Origin: Myxococcota bacterium
GTDB lineage: Bacteria; Myxococcota_A; UBA9160; UBA6930
Direction of reading: 5' to 3'
NCBI GenBank assembly: GCA_965223415.1
Contig: OZ245002.1
Location: 3,392,001 to 3,456,000 of the forward strand
DNA length: 64,000 bases
Part shown: piece by piece, positions 1 to 9,585 of the stretch
Layout of the letters: each line of letters opens with the position of its first letter
Position numbering within the stretch: the stretch's first letter is position 1
Position numbers and translations under genes: made by a program
The notes under the pieces: model-generated
Databases searched by the model: none
Seen by the model: the letters and a program-made list of their open reading frames with translations, nothing else
Told to the model about the DNA's origin: nothing

Positions 1-305
1 TAGTCCAGGGCGCCTTCCTTCATGGCCTCGACCGCGTTCTCGAAGGTGTTCTGCGCGGTGATGATCACGACGGCAACGTCGTTGCCGATCGCCTTCACGT
101 GCCGCAGCAGCTCCAGGCCGTCCGGGCCCGGCATGCGGATGTCGAAGAAGGCGATCTGGAAGGGCCCGCTGGCCAGGGCCTCGAGCGCCGCCTCGCCGTT
201 CTCCACCTCCACGACCTCGTGGCCGGCCGCCTCCAGGGTTTCTCGCAGCACGAAGCGGATCGACGGCTCGTCGTCCGCCACGAGCACGCGCGCGCGGTCG
301 CTCAC
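1..305 (-). CDS. ntrC: NtrC-like sigma54-dependent response regulator, N-terminal receiver domain (runs off the window edge)
   Basis: Translated by hand from GTG at 305: MSDRARVLVADDEPSIRFVL...FFDIRMPGPDGLELL...VIITAQNTFENAVEAMKEGALDY. GTGA overlap with the upstream kinase stop; dusB-ntrB-ntrC gene order. Confidence 0.85.
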   Translation of the reverse strand, partial: MSDRARVLVADDEPSIRFVLRETLEAAGHEVVEVENGEAALEALASGPFQIAFFDIRMPGPDGLELLRHVKAIGNDVAVVIITAQNTFENAVEAMKEGALD

Positions 306-1384
306 TCGGGGCTCCTCTCCAGGGGCAGGGCGACGCGCACCCGCGTGCCTGCCCCCTTCTCACTCTCGATGTCCAGGCTGCCCTCGTGCTGGGCGATCCA
401 GTACTCGGCGACGGCCAGCCCCAGGCCGGTGCCGCCGGTCCGGGTGGTGAAGAACGGCGTCGTCGCCTGGCGCAGCTCCTCTTCGTCCATCCCCGCGCCG
501 GTGTCTTCGATCGTCACGGTCACCGTGGGACGGGAGCGGCCGTCGCCGGTGACGAGCCGATGGTCGAGGGCGACGCGGGTGGTGATGCGGATCCTGCCGC
601 CGCTTTCGTCGAGAGCCTGGAGGCCGTTTCGCACCAGGTTCAGGAAGACCTGGGTGAGGCGGTCGCCGTCCGCGAGCAGGTCCGGAATCGAGGGGTCGAA
701 GTTGCGCAGGACCCGGGCGCTGGCGAAGGCCGGATCCATCCCCGCCAGCTCGAGCACGTGGTCGAGCACGCGATGGAGGTTCACCGGCAGGCGATCGAGC
801 CGGTCGCCACGGGCGAAGACCATGAAGTCGTCGACCAGGCCGGCGATGCGGGTCGCCTCGCGCACGACCAGCTCGGAGATCTCGCGGGTCTTCGGGTCGT
901 CGCTGCGCCGGCCCAGGATCTCGCCGGCACCCCGGATGCCGCCCAAGGGGTTCTTCACCTCGTGGGCGAGGCCCGCGGCGATCCGGCCGAAGGCCTCGAA
1001 GCGCTCGCGCTCCGCCTCGAGCTGCTCGAGCCGGTGGCGGGCGCTGCGATCCCGCAACACCAGCACCACGCCGTCGAGCTCGCCTTCGGCGAAGAGCGGC
1101 GTCGCCGCCACGTCCACCCGGGCGTGCTCGCCGCTGCGGAGCTCGATGGTCAGGCGAGCTTCGCTGAAGCCCTGGGCCCGAGCGAGGGCCTTGCGCCCGA
1201 GGCCGGCCACCGCGTGGCCCGGCGTCACGAGCTCTTCCACCGGACGCCCGACCAGGTGCTCCCGCGAGTGTTCGATCAGACGGCACGCGACGGAGTTGAT
1301 CTCCTCCACCCGCCCCTCGCGGTCGAGCACGACCACGCCGGCGGCGATGGCCTCGAGCACGCTGCCGAGGTCACGGGCGCTCAC
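302..1384 (-). CDS. ntrB: PAS-domain sensor histidine kinase, NtrB-like
   Basis: H-box LAHEVKNPLGGIRGA, N-box QVFLNLVRN, G boxes DTGAG and GGTGLGL; N-terminal PAS-like region; lies between dusB and ntrC. Confidence 0.88.
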   Translation of the reverse strand: MSARDLGSVLEAIAAGVVVLDREGRVEEINSVACRLIEHSREHLVGRPVEELVTPGHAVAGLGRKALARAQGFSEARLTIELRSGEHARVDVAATPLFAEGELDGVVLVLRDRSARHRLEQLEAERERFEAFGRIAAGLAHEVKNPLGGIRGAGEILGRRSDDPKTREISELVVREATRIAGLVDDFMVFARGDRLDRLPVNLHRVLDHVLELAGMDPAFASARVLRNFDPSIPDLLADGDRLTQVFLNLVRNGLQALDESGGRIRITTRVALDHRLVTGDGRSRPTVTVTIEDTGAGMDEEELRQATTPFFTTRTGGTGLGLAVAEYWIAQHEGSLDIESEKGAGTRVRVALPLERSPE

Positions 1385-1415
1385 GTCGCCTCCTGCGCCG
1401 GGCGATCGCGGACGC

Positions 1416-2435
1416 TCACGCGGCCCTCAGGAAGCGGCGCGCGAGCTCGACCAGTGCGTCGGCGTCGTCGAGCTGCATGGCCCGGGCGCGGAAGTGGCGC
1501 CCGCCCGGCAGCCCCCTCGAGTAGGCGCCCGCATAGCGGCGCAGCTCGCGGGCTCGCTCGGCGTCGCTGCGCGCCACGCGGGCGACGAGCTCCACGTGTC
1601 GCTCGAGGGCCAGCAGCCGTTCGGCGGCGCTCGGGGCGCCGGCCGCGTCGCCGTCGGCGAGGCGGAGCGCGCCCTCGAAGAGCCACGGGTTGCCGACCGC
1701 GCCGCGCCCGATCATCACGCCGGCGGCCCCCGTTTGGTCGGCCATCGCCCGGACGTCCGCAGGCTTCGTGACGTCGCCGTTCGCCAGTACCGGCACCTCG
1801 GGGACGGCGCGGACGACCGCACGGATCAGCGCGCGGTCCGCCCGGCCGCGATATCGCTGGGCGCGGCTCCGCCCGTGGATGCTGATCAGCTCGGCACCGG
1901 CGTCCACGGCCACCCGGGCCATCTCCGGCGCGTTCAGCGAGCGGGCATCCCAGCCGCTGCGCATCTTCACACTGAGTACGCCGCCGAACTGCCGGCGCAT
2001 GGCCGCGACGATCCGGCCGACGCGGCACGGATCCCGCAGCAGGGCGGCCCCGGCTCCCTTGCGGATGAACTTCGGCACCGGGCAGCCCAGGTTGAGATCG
2101 ACCCAGGCCACACCCCGATCCGCGAGCCGCTCGCAGGCGAGCGCCAGCGGGGCGGGCTCGCCGCCGAAGAGCTGCACGGCCAGGAACTCCTCACCCAGCG
2201 CGGAACCCGTGTGGAGATGGCGGCGCTCGGCGCCGCGCAGAAGGGCGGTGGCGGAGAGGGTCTCGGAGAACACGAGGCCCGCGCCCGCCGCTCGGGCGAT
2301 GAGCCGCGCCGGCAGGGTCGACACCCCCGACATCGGCGCGAAGGCCAGCCGGTTCGGCAGGACCACCCCGCCCACCCGGAGGCTCCGGGCCCAGGCGGGA
2401 GCGGTGGGACGCTTGGGGGAGCTGCCGTCCGGCAA
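1416..2435 (-). CDS. dusB: tRNA-dihydrouridine synthase (DusB/NifR3)
   Basis: FAPMSGVS, DLNLGCPVPK, HGRSRAQRY, ANGDV and GVMIGRGAVGNPW motifs; TTG start with upstream GAGGT. Confidence 0.92.
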   Translation of the reverse strand: MPDGSSPKRPTAPAWARSLRVGGVVLPNRLAFAPMSGVSTLPARLIARAAGAGLVFSETLSATALLRGAERRHLHTGSALGEEFLAVQLFGGEPAPLALACERLADRGVAWVDLNLGCPVPKFIRKGAGAALLRDPCRVGRIVAAMRRQFGGVLSVKMRSGWDARSLNAPEMARVAVDAGAELISIHGRSRAQRYRGRADRALIRAVVRAVPEVPVLANGDVTKPADVRAMADQTGAAGVMIGRGAVGNPWLFEGALRLADGDAAGAPSAAERLLALERHVELVARVARSDAERARELRRYAGAYSRGLPGGRHFRARAMQLDDADALVELARRFLRAA

Positions 2436-2452
2436 GCGGGGGACCTCGGCGC

Positions 2453-2469
2453 TGCCTAGAAAGTAGGCA
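2453..2469. promoter_or_regulatory. 17-bp palindrome TGCCTA-N5-TAGGCA, candidate NtrC-family binding site
   Basis: TGCCTAGAAAGTAGGCA fits TGC-N11-GCA; immediately upstream of dusB-ntrBC and next to a minus-strand TAGCGT -10-like hexamer (2474-2469). Confidence 0.55.
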
Positions 2470-2548
2470 CGCTAGCGGCGGGCACCGGCGGCGTCGAGCC
2501 AGGCCCGGGGAAGCGAAAAAGCGGAGCGGAAACGGTAAGGTCGCGGGG

Positions 2549-3802
2549 ATGGAGACGGGGATCTCGGTCGAGGAGGCGCGCCGCCGGGTGCTCGAGGCGG
2601 CCGTTCCCCTGCCCGCCGAGATCGTGCCGGCGGGGGACGCCCTGGGTCGCGTCCTGGCCGAGAGCGTCCGCTCCGGTCGCACCCTCCCCCCCGCCGACGT
2701 CTCCGCCATGGACGGCTACGCCGTGCGGGCGGAGGACCTGGCCGACGCCTCCCCCAGCGCTCCCCGAGCGCTGGCGGTGGTCTTCGAGGTGGCGGCGGGA
2801 GGCCAGGGCGAGCGGCCGCTCGCGGCCGGGGAGGCGGCGCGGATCTTCACCGGCGCGCCGGTTCCGACCGGCGCCGACACCGTCGTGCGTCAGGAGGACG
2901 CGGAGGCGGTGGGCGGGAGCGTCCGCATCGGCATCGCGCCACCGCCCGGCGACCACGTGCGCTCGGCCGGGGAGGACGTGATGCTGGGCGACGCCGTGCT
3001 CGCGCCCGGTGCGCGCATCGGCCCTGCGGAGGTCGGCATGCTGGCCTCCCTCGGGCGCACCCTCGTGCACGTCCACCGCCGGCCGCGGGTCGCCATCGCC
3101 TCGGGCGGCGACGAGCTGGTGGAGCCCGACGCCGATCCCGCCGGCGGGCGCATCGTCGCGAGCAATGCCTACTCCCTGGCGGCCCAGTGCGCGGAGGCTG
3201 GCGCCCTCGCCGTGAACCTCGGCATCGCCCGGGACACGCCGGAAGACCTGGCACGGGTGTTCCGGGCGGGGCTCGGCGCCGACCTGCTGGTGAGCTCCGC
3301 GGGCGTGTCCGTCGGCGATCATGACCACGTACGGCCGGTGCTCGAGCAGCTCGGCTGTCGGCTGCGCTTCTGGGGCGTCCGCATGAAGCCCGGCTATCCC
3401 CTGGCCTTCGGCCGGATCGGCGATGACGGGCCCTGGGTCTTCGGCCTGCCCGGGAACCCGGTCTCGGCGATGGTTACCTTCGAGCAGTTCGTGCGTCCGG
3501 TGCTGCTGCGTATGGGAGGGCACGAGGCGTGCTTCCGGCCGGTAGTGACGGCGACGCTCTCCGAGCCTCTCTCGAAGAAGGCCGGGCGCCTGCACTTCGT
3601 CCGCGTTCACCTGAAGCGCGACGGCGACCGCATCCTCGCCAGCAGCACCGGCAACCAGAGCTCCGGCGTTCTGCGCTCGATGACCCTGGCCCAGGGACTC
3701 CTGGTCTTCCCCGCCGAGGCCACCGAGCTCGCCGCCGGCGAGGAGGTGCCGGTGCAGGTGCTCGACGAGCGCTTCTTCCGCACGAGGGAGCCGCCGGCTT
3801 GA
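2549..3802 (+). CDS. moeA: Molybdopterin molybdotransferase
   Basis: SAMDGYAV, IFTGAPVP, GDEL, SAGVSVGDHD, KPG and LPGNPVSA motifs. Confidence 0.95.
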   Translation: METGISVEEARRRVLEAAVPLPAEIVPAGDALGRVLAESVRSGRTLPPADVSAMDGYAVRAEDLADASPSAPRALAVVFEVAAGGQGERPLAAGEAARIFTGAPVPTGADTVVRQEDAEAVGGSVRIGIAPPPGDHVRSAGEDVMLGDAVLAPGARIGPAEVGMLASLGRTLVHVHRRPRVAIASGGDELVEPDADPAGGRIVASNAYSLAAQCAEAGALAVNLGIARDTPEDLARVFRAGLGADLLVSSAGVSVGDHDHVRPVLEQLGCRLRFWGVRMKPGYPLAFGRIGDDGPWVFGLPGNPVSAMVTFEQFVRPVLLRMGGHEACFRPVVTATLSEPLSKKAGRLHFVRVHLKRDGDRILASSTGNQSSGVLRSMTLAQGLLVFPAEATELAAGEEVPVQVLDERFFRTREPPA

Positions 3803-4434
3803 GCGACCCCCTCGCGGATCCCATCGCCGTCGGTGCGGATCGCTTCGCCGACGTGACCGGCGCCGTCTTGCTGGGCGGCGCTTCGTCTCGCATGGGCGAA
3901 GACAAGGCACGCGTCGCTCTGGGCGGTGTGGCCGCCGCTACGCGCGTCGCTCGCCTGCTCGCCGGGCTCTGCGGCGAAGTACTGCTGGTCGGCGGCGACC
4001 CGCCGGCGGACGCGCCGGGGCGGCCGGTGCCGGATCCCGAGGGGCCTCCGTCGGCTCTCCGCGGGCTCGTCGGCGCCCTCGCGGCGGCGCGCACGGAGAA
4101 GGTGCTCGTGCTCGCGACGGACTACATGGCCGTCACCGGCGATCTCCTGCTCGGGCTGCTCGCCTATCCGGAAGCCGACGCGGTGGTGCCCCGCGGCACC
4201 GAGCATCCGCATCCGCTGTGCGCCCTCTACCGGAGGGGTCCGGCGCTGGCTGCCGCCCAGGCGGCCCTCGCCGGAGGCACCCTCGCGCTCCGGCCCGTGC
4301 TCGATCGGCTCTCGCCCTGTTGGCTCGAGGGGGCGGACCTCGAGCGGCTCGATCCGTCGGGCACGGCGCTCGCGAACGTGAACACGCCGACCGAGCTCGC
4401 GGCGCTGCGCGCTGCTCTCGAGGCCGGTCCATGA
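3799..4434 (+). CDS. mobA: Molybdenum cofactor guanylyltransferase
   Basis: LLGGASSRMGEDKA, HPLCALY and NVNTP motifs; TTG start at 3799 overlaps the moeA stop (TTGA). Confidence 0.88.
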   Translation: MSDPLADPIAVGADRFADVTGAVLLGGASSRMGEDKARVALGGVAAATRVARLLAGLCGEVLLVGGDPPADAPGRPVPDPEGPPSALRGLVGALAAARTEKVLVLATDYMAVTGDLLLGLLAYPEADAVVPRGTEHPHPLCALYRRGPALAAAQAALAGGTLALRPVLDRLSPCWLEGADLERLDPSGTALANVNTPTELAALRAALEAGP

Positions 4435-4811
4435 GCGAGCCCTCTCCCCTGGTCCGTCGGGCACGCAGCTTCCGCTACGCCTTCAAGGGAGTGGCCCAGC
4501 TCTTCGCGACCCAGGCCAACGCGAAGATCCACGCGGCGGTTGCGGTCGCGGTGCTCGTGCTGGCGGGCTTCCTCGGTCTCCCCGCCCGCGATTGGGCGCT
4601 GCTCGCGCTCGCGATCGGCGCCGTGCTCACCGCCGAGGCGCTGAACACCGCCCTGGAGGCCCTGGCGGATCGGGTGGCGCCGGATCACCACCCCCTCGTC
4701 GCGCGCTGCAAGGACGTGGCGGCCGCCGCGGTGCTGCTCGCCGCCGGCTCCGCCGCGATCGTGGGCCTGCTCCTGCTGGGGCCACCGCTCCTGGCGCGGA
4801 TCGTCGGTTGA
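4431..4811 (+). CDS. dgkA: Diacylglycerol/undecaprenol kinase family membrane protein
   Basis: SFRYAFKG, EALNTALEALAD and KDVAAAAV motifs; ATGA overlap with the mobA stop. Confidence 0.88.
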   Translation: MSEPSPLVRRARSFRYAFKGVAQLFATQANAKIHAAVAVAVLVLAGFLGLPARDWALLALAIGAVLTAEALNTALEALADRVAPDHHPLVARCKDVAAAAVLLAAGSAAIVGLLLLGPPLLARIVG

Positions 4812-7399
4812 TGCGCGCGATCCTGGCGAGTCACACCCACTGGGACCGGGAGTGGTACCGCACCTTCCAGGGCTTCCGCGCGCGGCTGGTGGATACGGTC
4901 GACCGGGTGCTCGACCTCTGCGCCGCCGATCCCGCGTTCCGCTTCGTGCTCGACGGCCAGTCGGTGGCCCTCGAGGACTACGCGGAGATCCGCCCCGACC
5001 GGGTGGAAGAGCTGCGCCGGCGCTGCGTCGAGGGACGCCTCGCGATCGGTCCCTGGTACGTGCAGCCGGACTCGCTGCTTCCCGCTGGCGAGGCCCACCT
5101 GCGCAACCTCCTGGAAGGACGGCGTGCGGCGGCCCGCTTCGGCCCGGTCTCGGAGGTGGCCTACACGCCGGACTCCTTCGGCCATCCCGCCCAGTTCCCC
5201 CAGCTCTTCGCCCGCTTCGGCCTGCGCGCCTTCGTCTACTGGCGCGGTCACGGCGACGAGTGGGGTCGGCTGCCCGCCGAGTACGACTGGGTGGGGCCCG
5301 ACGGAACGGCGATCCTCGCCTGCCACCTGGGGCGCGGGTACTTCTCCGCCGCCAGCGACGTGGGGAGCGAGCTCACGGAGATCGTGCCGCCCCTGGCGGA
5401 GACCGCCAAGGCCCTGGCCGCGCGCACGCAGAGCGGGGTGATCCTGCTGATGAACGGCATCGACCACCAGCCGCCCGACCCGCGGGTGGCCGAGCTGGCG
5501 CGGGAGCTCGCCGCCGCTACCGGGCTCGAGGTGAAGCGAGGTCTGATCGACGAGTTCGTCATGGAGGTGGAGGAGTCCGGTGCCGCGCGGCCGCGCTTCG
5601 AAGGCGAGCTGGTGGGAGCGCGGGTGGCGCCGCTCCTGCCCGGCGTGTGGTCGACCCGAAGCTGGATCAAGCTGGCAAACCGCGCGGCGGAGACGGCGCT
5701 CCTGGGCTGGGCCGAGCCCTTCGCGGCCCTCGGCGCAGGGCTCGGGCTGCCCGACGAGCGCCCCGCCCTGCGCCTGGCCTGGCGCTCGCTGCTGGTGAAC
5801 CAGGCCCACGACTCGATCTGCGGCTGCTCCCGGGACGAGGTCCACGCGCAGATGGCCGGCCGCTTCGACACCGCCCGGGAGCTCGCCTTCGAGACGACGA
5901 CGCGCGTGCTCGAGCGCGTGGCCGGGCTCGATCCCGTGCGGCGCCCGCCCTGGGACGACGAGCTCGACCTGGCGGTCTTCAATCCGTCGCCGGTTCCGCG
6001 TACCGATCGGGTGCGCTTCGTCTTCGATCCCCACCCTTGGATGGTTCCGTCGCCGGACCCGGCGCGGATGATCCATCCCACCCGGCTGCGCGACCTGGGC
6101 GAGGCCAGCTACGCCGTGGACGGGGAGCCCGCCCGGTTCACGCCGGTGGACGAGCCCGGGGGCGTGGTTCTCCTGCCCGATCGGCGCGTGCACGCTCTGG
6201 AGTTCGTGGCCCGGGACGTGCCGGCGTTCGGGTGGAAGCGCGTCCGCGTGCGGCGCGCCGAGGCTCCCGCGCCGGAGGAGCGGGAGCCGGTGACGCCGGG
6301 CGCCTCCGGCGCGGCGATCGAGGCCGATGGCCTGCGCGTGGCCCTCGCCGAGGACGGCACCCTCGACGTGGTGATGGGGAGCCGCTCCTTCGCCGGGCTG
6401 GGAGAGCTCGTGAGCGAGGGCGACCGCGGCGACAGCTACGACTTCGATCCCCTCGACGGGAACGTGCGCGGCGGCGACGTGGTGCACGCCGAAAGGCGCG
6501 TCCATCCCTCCGGGCTGCAAGAGCTCGTGGTGGATCGGGTCCTGCGGGTTCCCGCGGGCCTCGCTCCGGATCGCGAGCGGCGCGCCGACGCCCTCGTCGA
6601 CCTGCCCGTGCGCACCCGCATCCGCGTCGCCGCCGGGGTGCCGCGGGTCGACCTCGATCTCCACGTCGAGAACACCGCCCGGGACCACCGGCTCCGGATC
6701 GGCTTCCCGGTCCCGGAGGCGGACGGCTGCCAGGCCGCGACCACCTTCGACGTGGTTCCGCGCGCCGCCGAGCCCGTTCCCGACGAGCAGTGGGTGCAGC
6801 GGGCGCCGCGCACCTTTCCCCACCAGGGCTTCGTCCACGCCGGCGGCCTCAGCGTGCTGGCGCCGGGCCTTCCCGAGGCCGAGTGGGACGGGCGCCGGAT
6901 CGCCATCACCTTGCTCCGGTCCGTCGGCTACCTCTCCCGCCACGATCTGCGGAGTCGTCCCGGGCCCGCCGGCCCGAGCACCCGCACGCCCGGCGCCCAG
7001 TGTCCGGGCCCCCTCGCGGCCCGTCTCTCGCTCTTCGCCGGCCTCGATCCGGCGGAAGCCCGGGCCGCCGAGCTGGGCCTGCACGCGGTTCCGGCTGGCC
7101 CGGAGCCGCTCGCCCCGGCGGGCGAAGCGCTGCTCGAGCTGGCGCCCTCGGCGCTCCTGGTCTCCGCGCTCAAGCCCGCCGAAGACGGCGAAGGCTGGAT
7201 CCTGCGCGTCCTCAACCCGACCGATGCACCCGAGGATCTGGAGCTCTGCCTCGGTCGCGCCCTGCGCGGTGCCGTCGACGCCGCCCAGCCCGTGCGGCTG
7301 GACGAGACCCCGAGCGGCCCCGCGCTGCCGCTCCGCGGAGGGACCCTCTCCACCCCCGTGGCGCCGCGTGCACTCGTGACCCTGCGCTTCCAGGGCTAG
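4811..7399 (+). CDS. GH38 alpha-mannosidase / mannosylglycerate hydrolase-like
   Basis: N-terminal HTHWDREWY, FVLDGQ, IGPWYVQPD, PDSFGH and AHDSICGCS motifs; ATG at 4811 in a TGATG overlap. Confidence 0.9.
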   Translation: MRAILASHTHWDREWYRTFQGFRARLVDTVDRVLDLCAADPAFRFVLDGQSVALEDYAEIRPDRVEELRRRCVEGRLAIGPWYVQPDSLLPAGEAHLRNLLEGRRAAARFGPVSEVAYTPDSFGHPAQFPQLFARFGLRAFVYWRGHGDEWGRLPAEYDWVGPDGTAILACHLGRGYFSAASDVGSELTEIVPPLAETAKALAARTQSGVILLMNGIDHQPPDPRVAELARELAAATGLEVKRGLIDEFVMEVEESGAARPRFEGELVGARVAPLLPGVWSTRSWIKLANRAAETALLGWAEPFAALGAGLGLPDERPALRLAWRSLLVNQAHDSICGCSRDEVHAQMAGRFDTARELAFETTTRVLERVAGLDPVRRPPWDDELDLAVFNPSPVPRTDRVRFVFDPHPWMVPSPDPARMIHPTRLRDLGEASYAVDGEPARFTPVDEPGGVVLLPDRRVHALEFVARDVPAFGWKRVRVRRAEAPAPEEREPVTPGASGAAIEADGLRVALAEDGTLDVVMGSRSFAGLGELVSEGDRGDSYDFDPLDGNVRGGDVVHAERRVHPSGLQELVVDRVLRVPAGLAPDRERRADALVDLPVRTRIRVAAGVPRVDLDLHVENTARDHRLRIGFPVPEADGCQAATTFDVVPRAAEPVPDEQWVQRAPRTFPHQGFVHAGGLSVLAPGLPEAEWDGRRIAITLLRSVGYLSRHDLRSRPGPAGPSTRTPGAQCPGPLAARLSLFAGLDPAEARAAELGLHAVPAGPEPLAPAGEALLELAPSALLVSALKPAEDGEGWILRVLNPTDAPEDLELCLGRALRGAVDAAQPVRLDETPSGPALPLRGGTLSTPVAPRALVTLRFQG

Positions 7400-7406
7400 A
7401 CGAGCG

Positions 7407-9560
7407 CTAGAACCGGAACGTCCAGGACACCTTCCCGATCAGGTTCGTGCGGGTGCTGCGCAGGTCGTAGTTCGCCGTGTCGAAGGCCTGGTTGTAGACG
7501 AAGACAAGCTCCTCGCCCGGGCGCAGGATCCAGCGCAGTCGGCTGTTCCAGCCCATGCTGTTCGAGAGGTTGTCGAACTGGAGGAAGGTCTCCCAGGAGA
7601 GGTCCGGCGTGAAGACCACGTTCGCCCGGACGCGGCCGAGGCGCGTCGTGAAGTTGCCCTCCGGGAGCCGGATCGAGTTCTGGATGTACTCCAGCGATGC
7701 GAAGAAGTGCTTCGACGCCCGCCACTCGAGGAGCGCCGTGCCGGTGCGGATGTGACCGGACCAGAAGGAGCCGGTCTCGAAGGAGAGCTGGGTCGCCAGG
7801 GTGCGGGAGGTGGCGGTGCCGAGCAGGAGCTTCGCCCGGGTGAAGTCGTAGCGGTCCTTGGGCAGGGCGATGCCCGGGAGGATCCGGAAGGGCTCCTCCA
7901 GCACCTCGGTGACGACGCGTCCCTCGAGCTGCAGGTAGTCGCCCGCGTGATTCTCGAGGCGAGCGGTCGGCAGGAAGAAGAGGCTCTCGAGATCGTTGCC
8001 CAGGTCCGTCGTCATCAGGCCGAAGACCTGGAGATCGGCCAGGCGCACGGAGCTCCCGGCCGGACGCCAGCGCCGGCGCAGGAACGCGGAACTCTGGCGG
8101 CTCGCCAGGCGGTTCGCGAAGCCCAGGGCCGGGTGGAAGTTCTCGCCGATCTGCTTGACGTCGAGGCTCCAGTTCCACAGATCGTTGGGATAGGCGAGGC
8201 GCACGTTCCAGGCGGTGTCGTCGCCGGTCGGCCCGGAGGTGGTGGTGTGCTGGAGCCAGCTGCGGAACTCGAGGATGCGGCTCCCGAAGAGCCGGCTCGT
8301 CCGCAGGTTCAAGTCGCCGCCGACGAGCGTGTTCGAGCCGTTCGTCGCCGGGTCGCCGTGGGTCGCGACCAGTCCGATGAAGCTCTCCTCCCCCACGTTC
8401 AGCTTCATGCGTCCCGCCGAGAGGTTCTTGCCGTCGACGCCGTCGTAGCCGGCCATGTGAACGTTCAAGGCGGCGAAGTTCACGGGGCCCGTGCGTCCGG
8501 TGACCTTGGCGCCGAGGCGGATCGGGATCACCTCTCCGTCGTCGGAGATGCCGATCCGTCGCGAGAAGAAGGGAATGCCGTTCGTCGCGGCGGAGCTGCC
8601 CACCGGGAAGTCGTAGATGCCCGCGTCCTGCAGGAAGAAGTCCCGGGTCTCCGGGAAGAAGAGGGCGAAGCGGGAGAGATTCACCTGGCGGGCGTCGACG
8701 GCCGCGTCCGAGAAGTCCGTGTTGGCAGTGAGGGCCGCGGTGACCGAGGGCGTGACCTTGTAGAAGAGGTCGACACTCGGGTCGACGTTGGCGTGGTGGC
8801 GATCGCCGACGCGGTCGCCCGTCCAGCCCAGCGCGCCCGAGGGCTTCAGGTCGAGGCCGATCCCCTGCTCGAGGCCGCGCAACCCGTGGAGATCGCCCGC
8901 CTCGGACACGTCGATCAGGAACTTGTTCTGCTTCGCTGACGCCCAGCGGTTCTCCTCGTTGTGCCGCCGCACGTTGCGCAACAGGTTGAAGCCCCAGGTC
9001 GTGCCGGTGGGGTCGAAGGAGAGGGTCTTGAAGGGGATCGCGAACTCGCAGGTCCATCCCTCGGCGTCCAGCCGGCTCTTGGCGTACCAGATGCCGTCCC
9101 ACTCGCCCTTGAAGGAGAGGTTGTTCTCGACGATGCCGTCGAGCCGCGCGCCGTTCGGGTTGGTCGAGAACAGGAAGGCATTGCGGTGGTCGTGGAAGGT
9201 GTCGAAGAGGATGCTGATGCGATCGTCGGGGGTGAGGCTCGCGTCCCGGCGCATGCCCCGGGCGATGATGCGGTCGGGCTCGCGGTCGTGGGCGCGGACG
9301 CCCACGTAGATGGCGTTCGCGTCGTAGGTGATGCGCACCTCCGTCCGCTCGCTCGGCGCGTCGCCCTCGACCGGGATCACCTGGGTGAGCGGGCTGAGAA
9401 GCGCGGCGTCGGCCCACGCCTCGTCGTCGAGCGCGCCGTCGATGGTGGGCGGCGCCGTGCCCTCGGGCAGCGGCCGCAGCTCGGCGGAGGGAGGCTCCGC
9501 CAGGGCCGCGGAGGATGCCCAGAGCAGGAGCAGAGCGAGCCAGAGCCCCGGACGGGTCAT
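7407..9560 (-). CDS. Secreted/outer-membrane protein, CBM9-like plus DUF5916-type
   Basis: Signal peptide, PTIDGALDDEAW, NTDFSD...QVNLSRFALFFPETRDFF, FFSRRIG; C-terminal aromatic ending WTFRF typical of beta-barrels; start taken at ATG 9560. Confidence 0.75.
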   Translation of the reverse strand: MTRPGLWLALLLLWASSAALAEPPSAELRPLPEGTAPPTIDGALDDEAWADAALLSPLTQVIPVEGDAPSERTEVRITYDANAIYVGVRAHDREPDRIIARGMRRDASLTPDDRISILFDTFHDHRNAFLFSTNPNGARLDGIVENNLSFKGEWDGIWYAKSRLDAEGWTCEFAIPFKTLSFDPTGTTWGFNLLRNVRRHNEENRWASAKQNKFLIDVSEAGDLHGLRGLEQGIGLDLKPSGALGWTGDRVGDRHHANVDPSVDLFYKVTPSVTAALTANTDFSDAAVDARQVNLSRFALFFPETRDFFLQDAGIYDFPVGSSAATNGIPFFSRRIGISDDGEVIPIRLGAKVTGRTGPVNFAALNVHMAGYDGVDGKNLSAGRMKLNVGEESFIGLVATHGDPATNGSNTLVGGDLNLRTSRLFGSRILEFRSWLQHTTTSGPTGDDTAWNVRLAYPNDLWNWSLDVKQIGENFHPALGFANRLASRQSSAFLRRRWRPAGSSVRLADLQVFGLMTTDLGNDLESLFFLPTARLENHAGDYLQLEGRVVTEVLEEPFRILPGIALPKDRYDFTRAKLLLGTATSRTLATQLSFETGSFWSGHIRTGTALLEWRASKHFFASLEYIQNSIRLPEGNFTTRLGRVRANVVFTPDLSWETFLQFDNLSNSMGWNSRLRWILRPGEELVFVYNQAFDTANYDLRSTRTNLIGKVSWTFRF

Positions 9561-9585
9561 TCCTGCCTCGGGCCCGACCGGCCCG

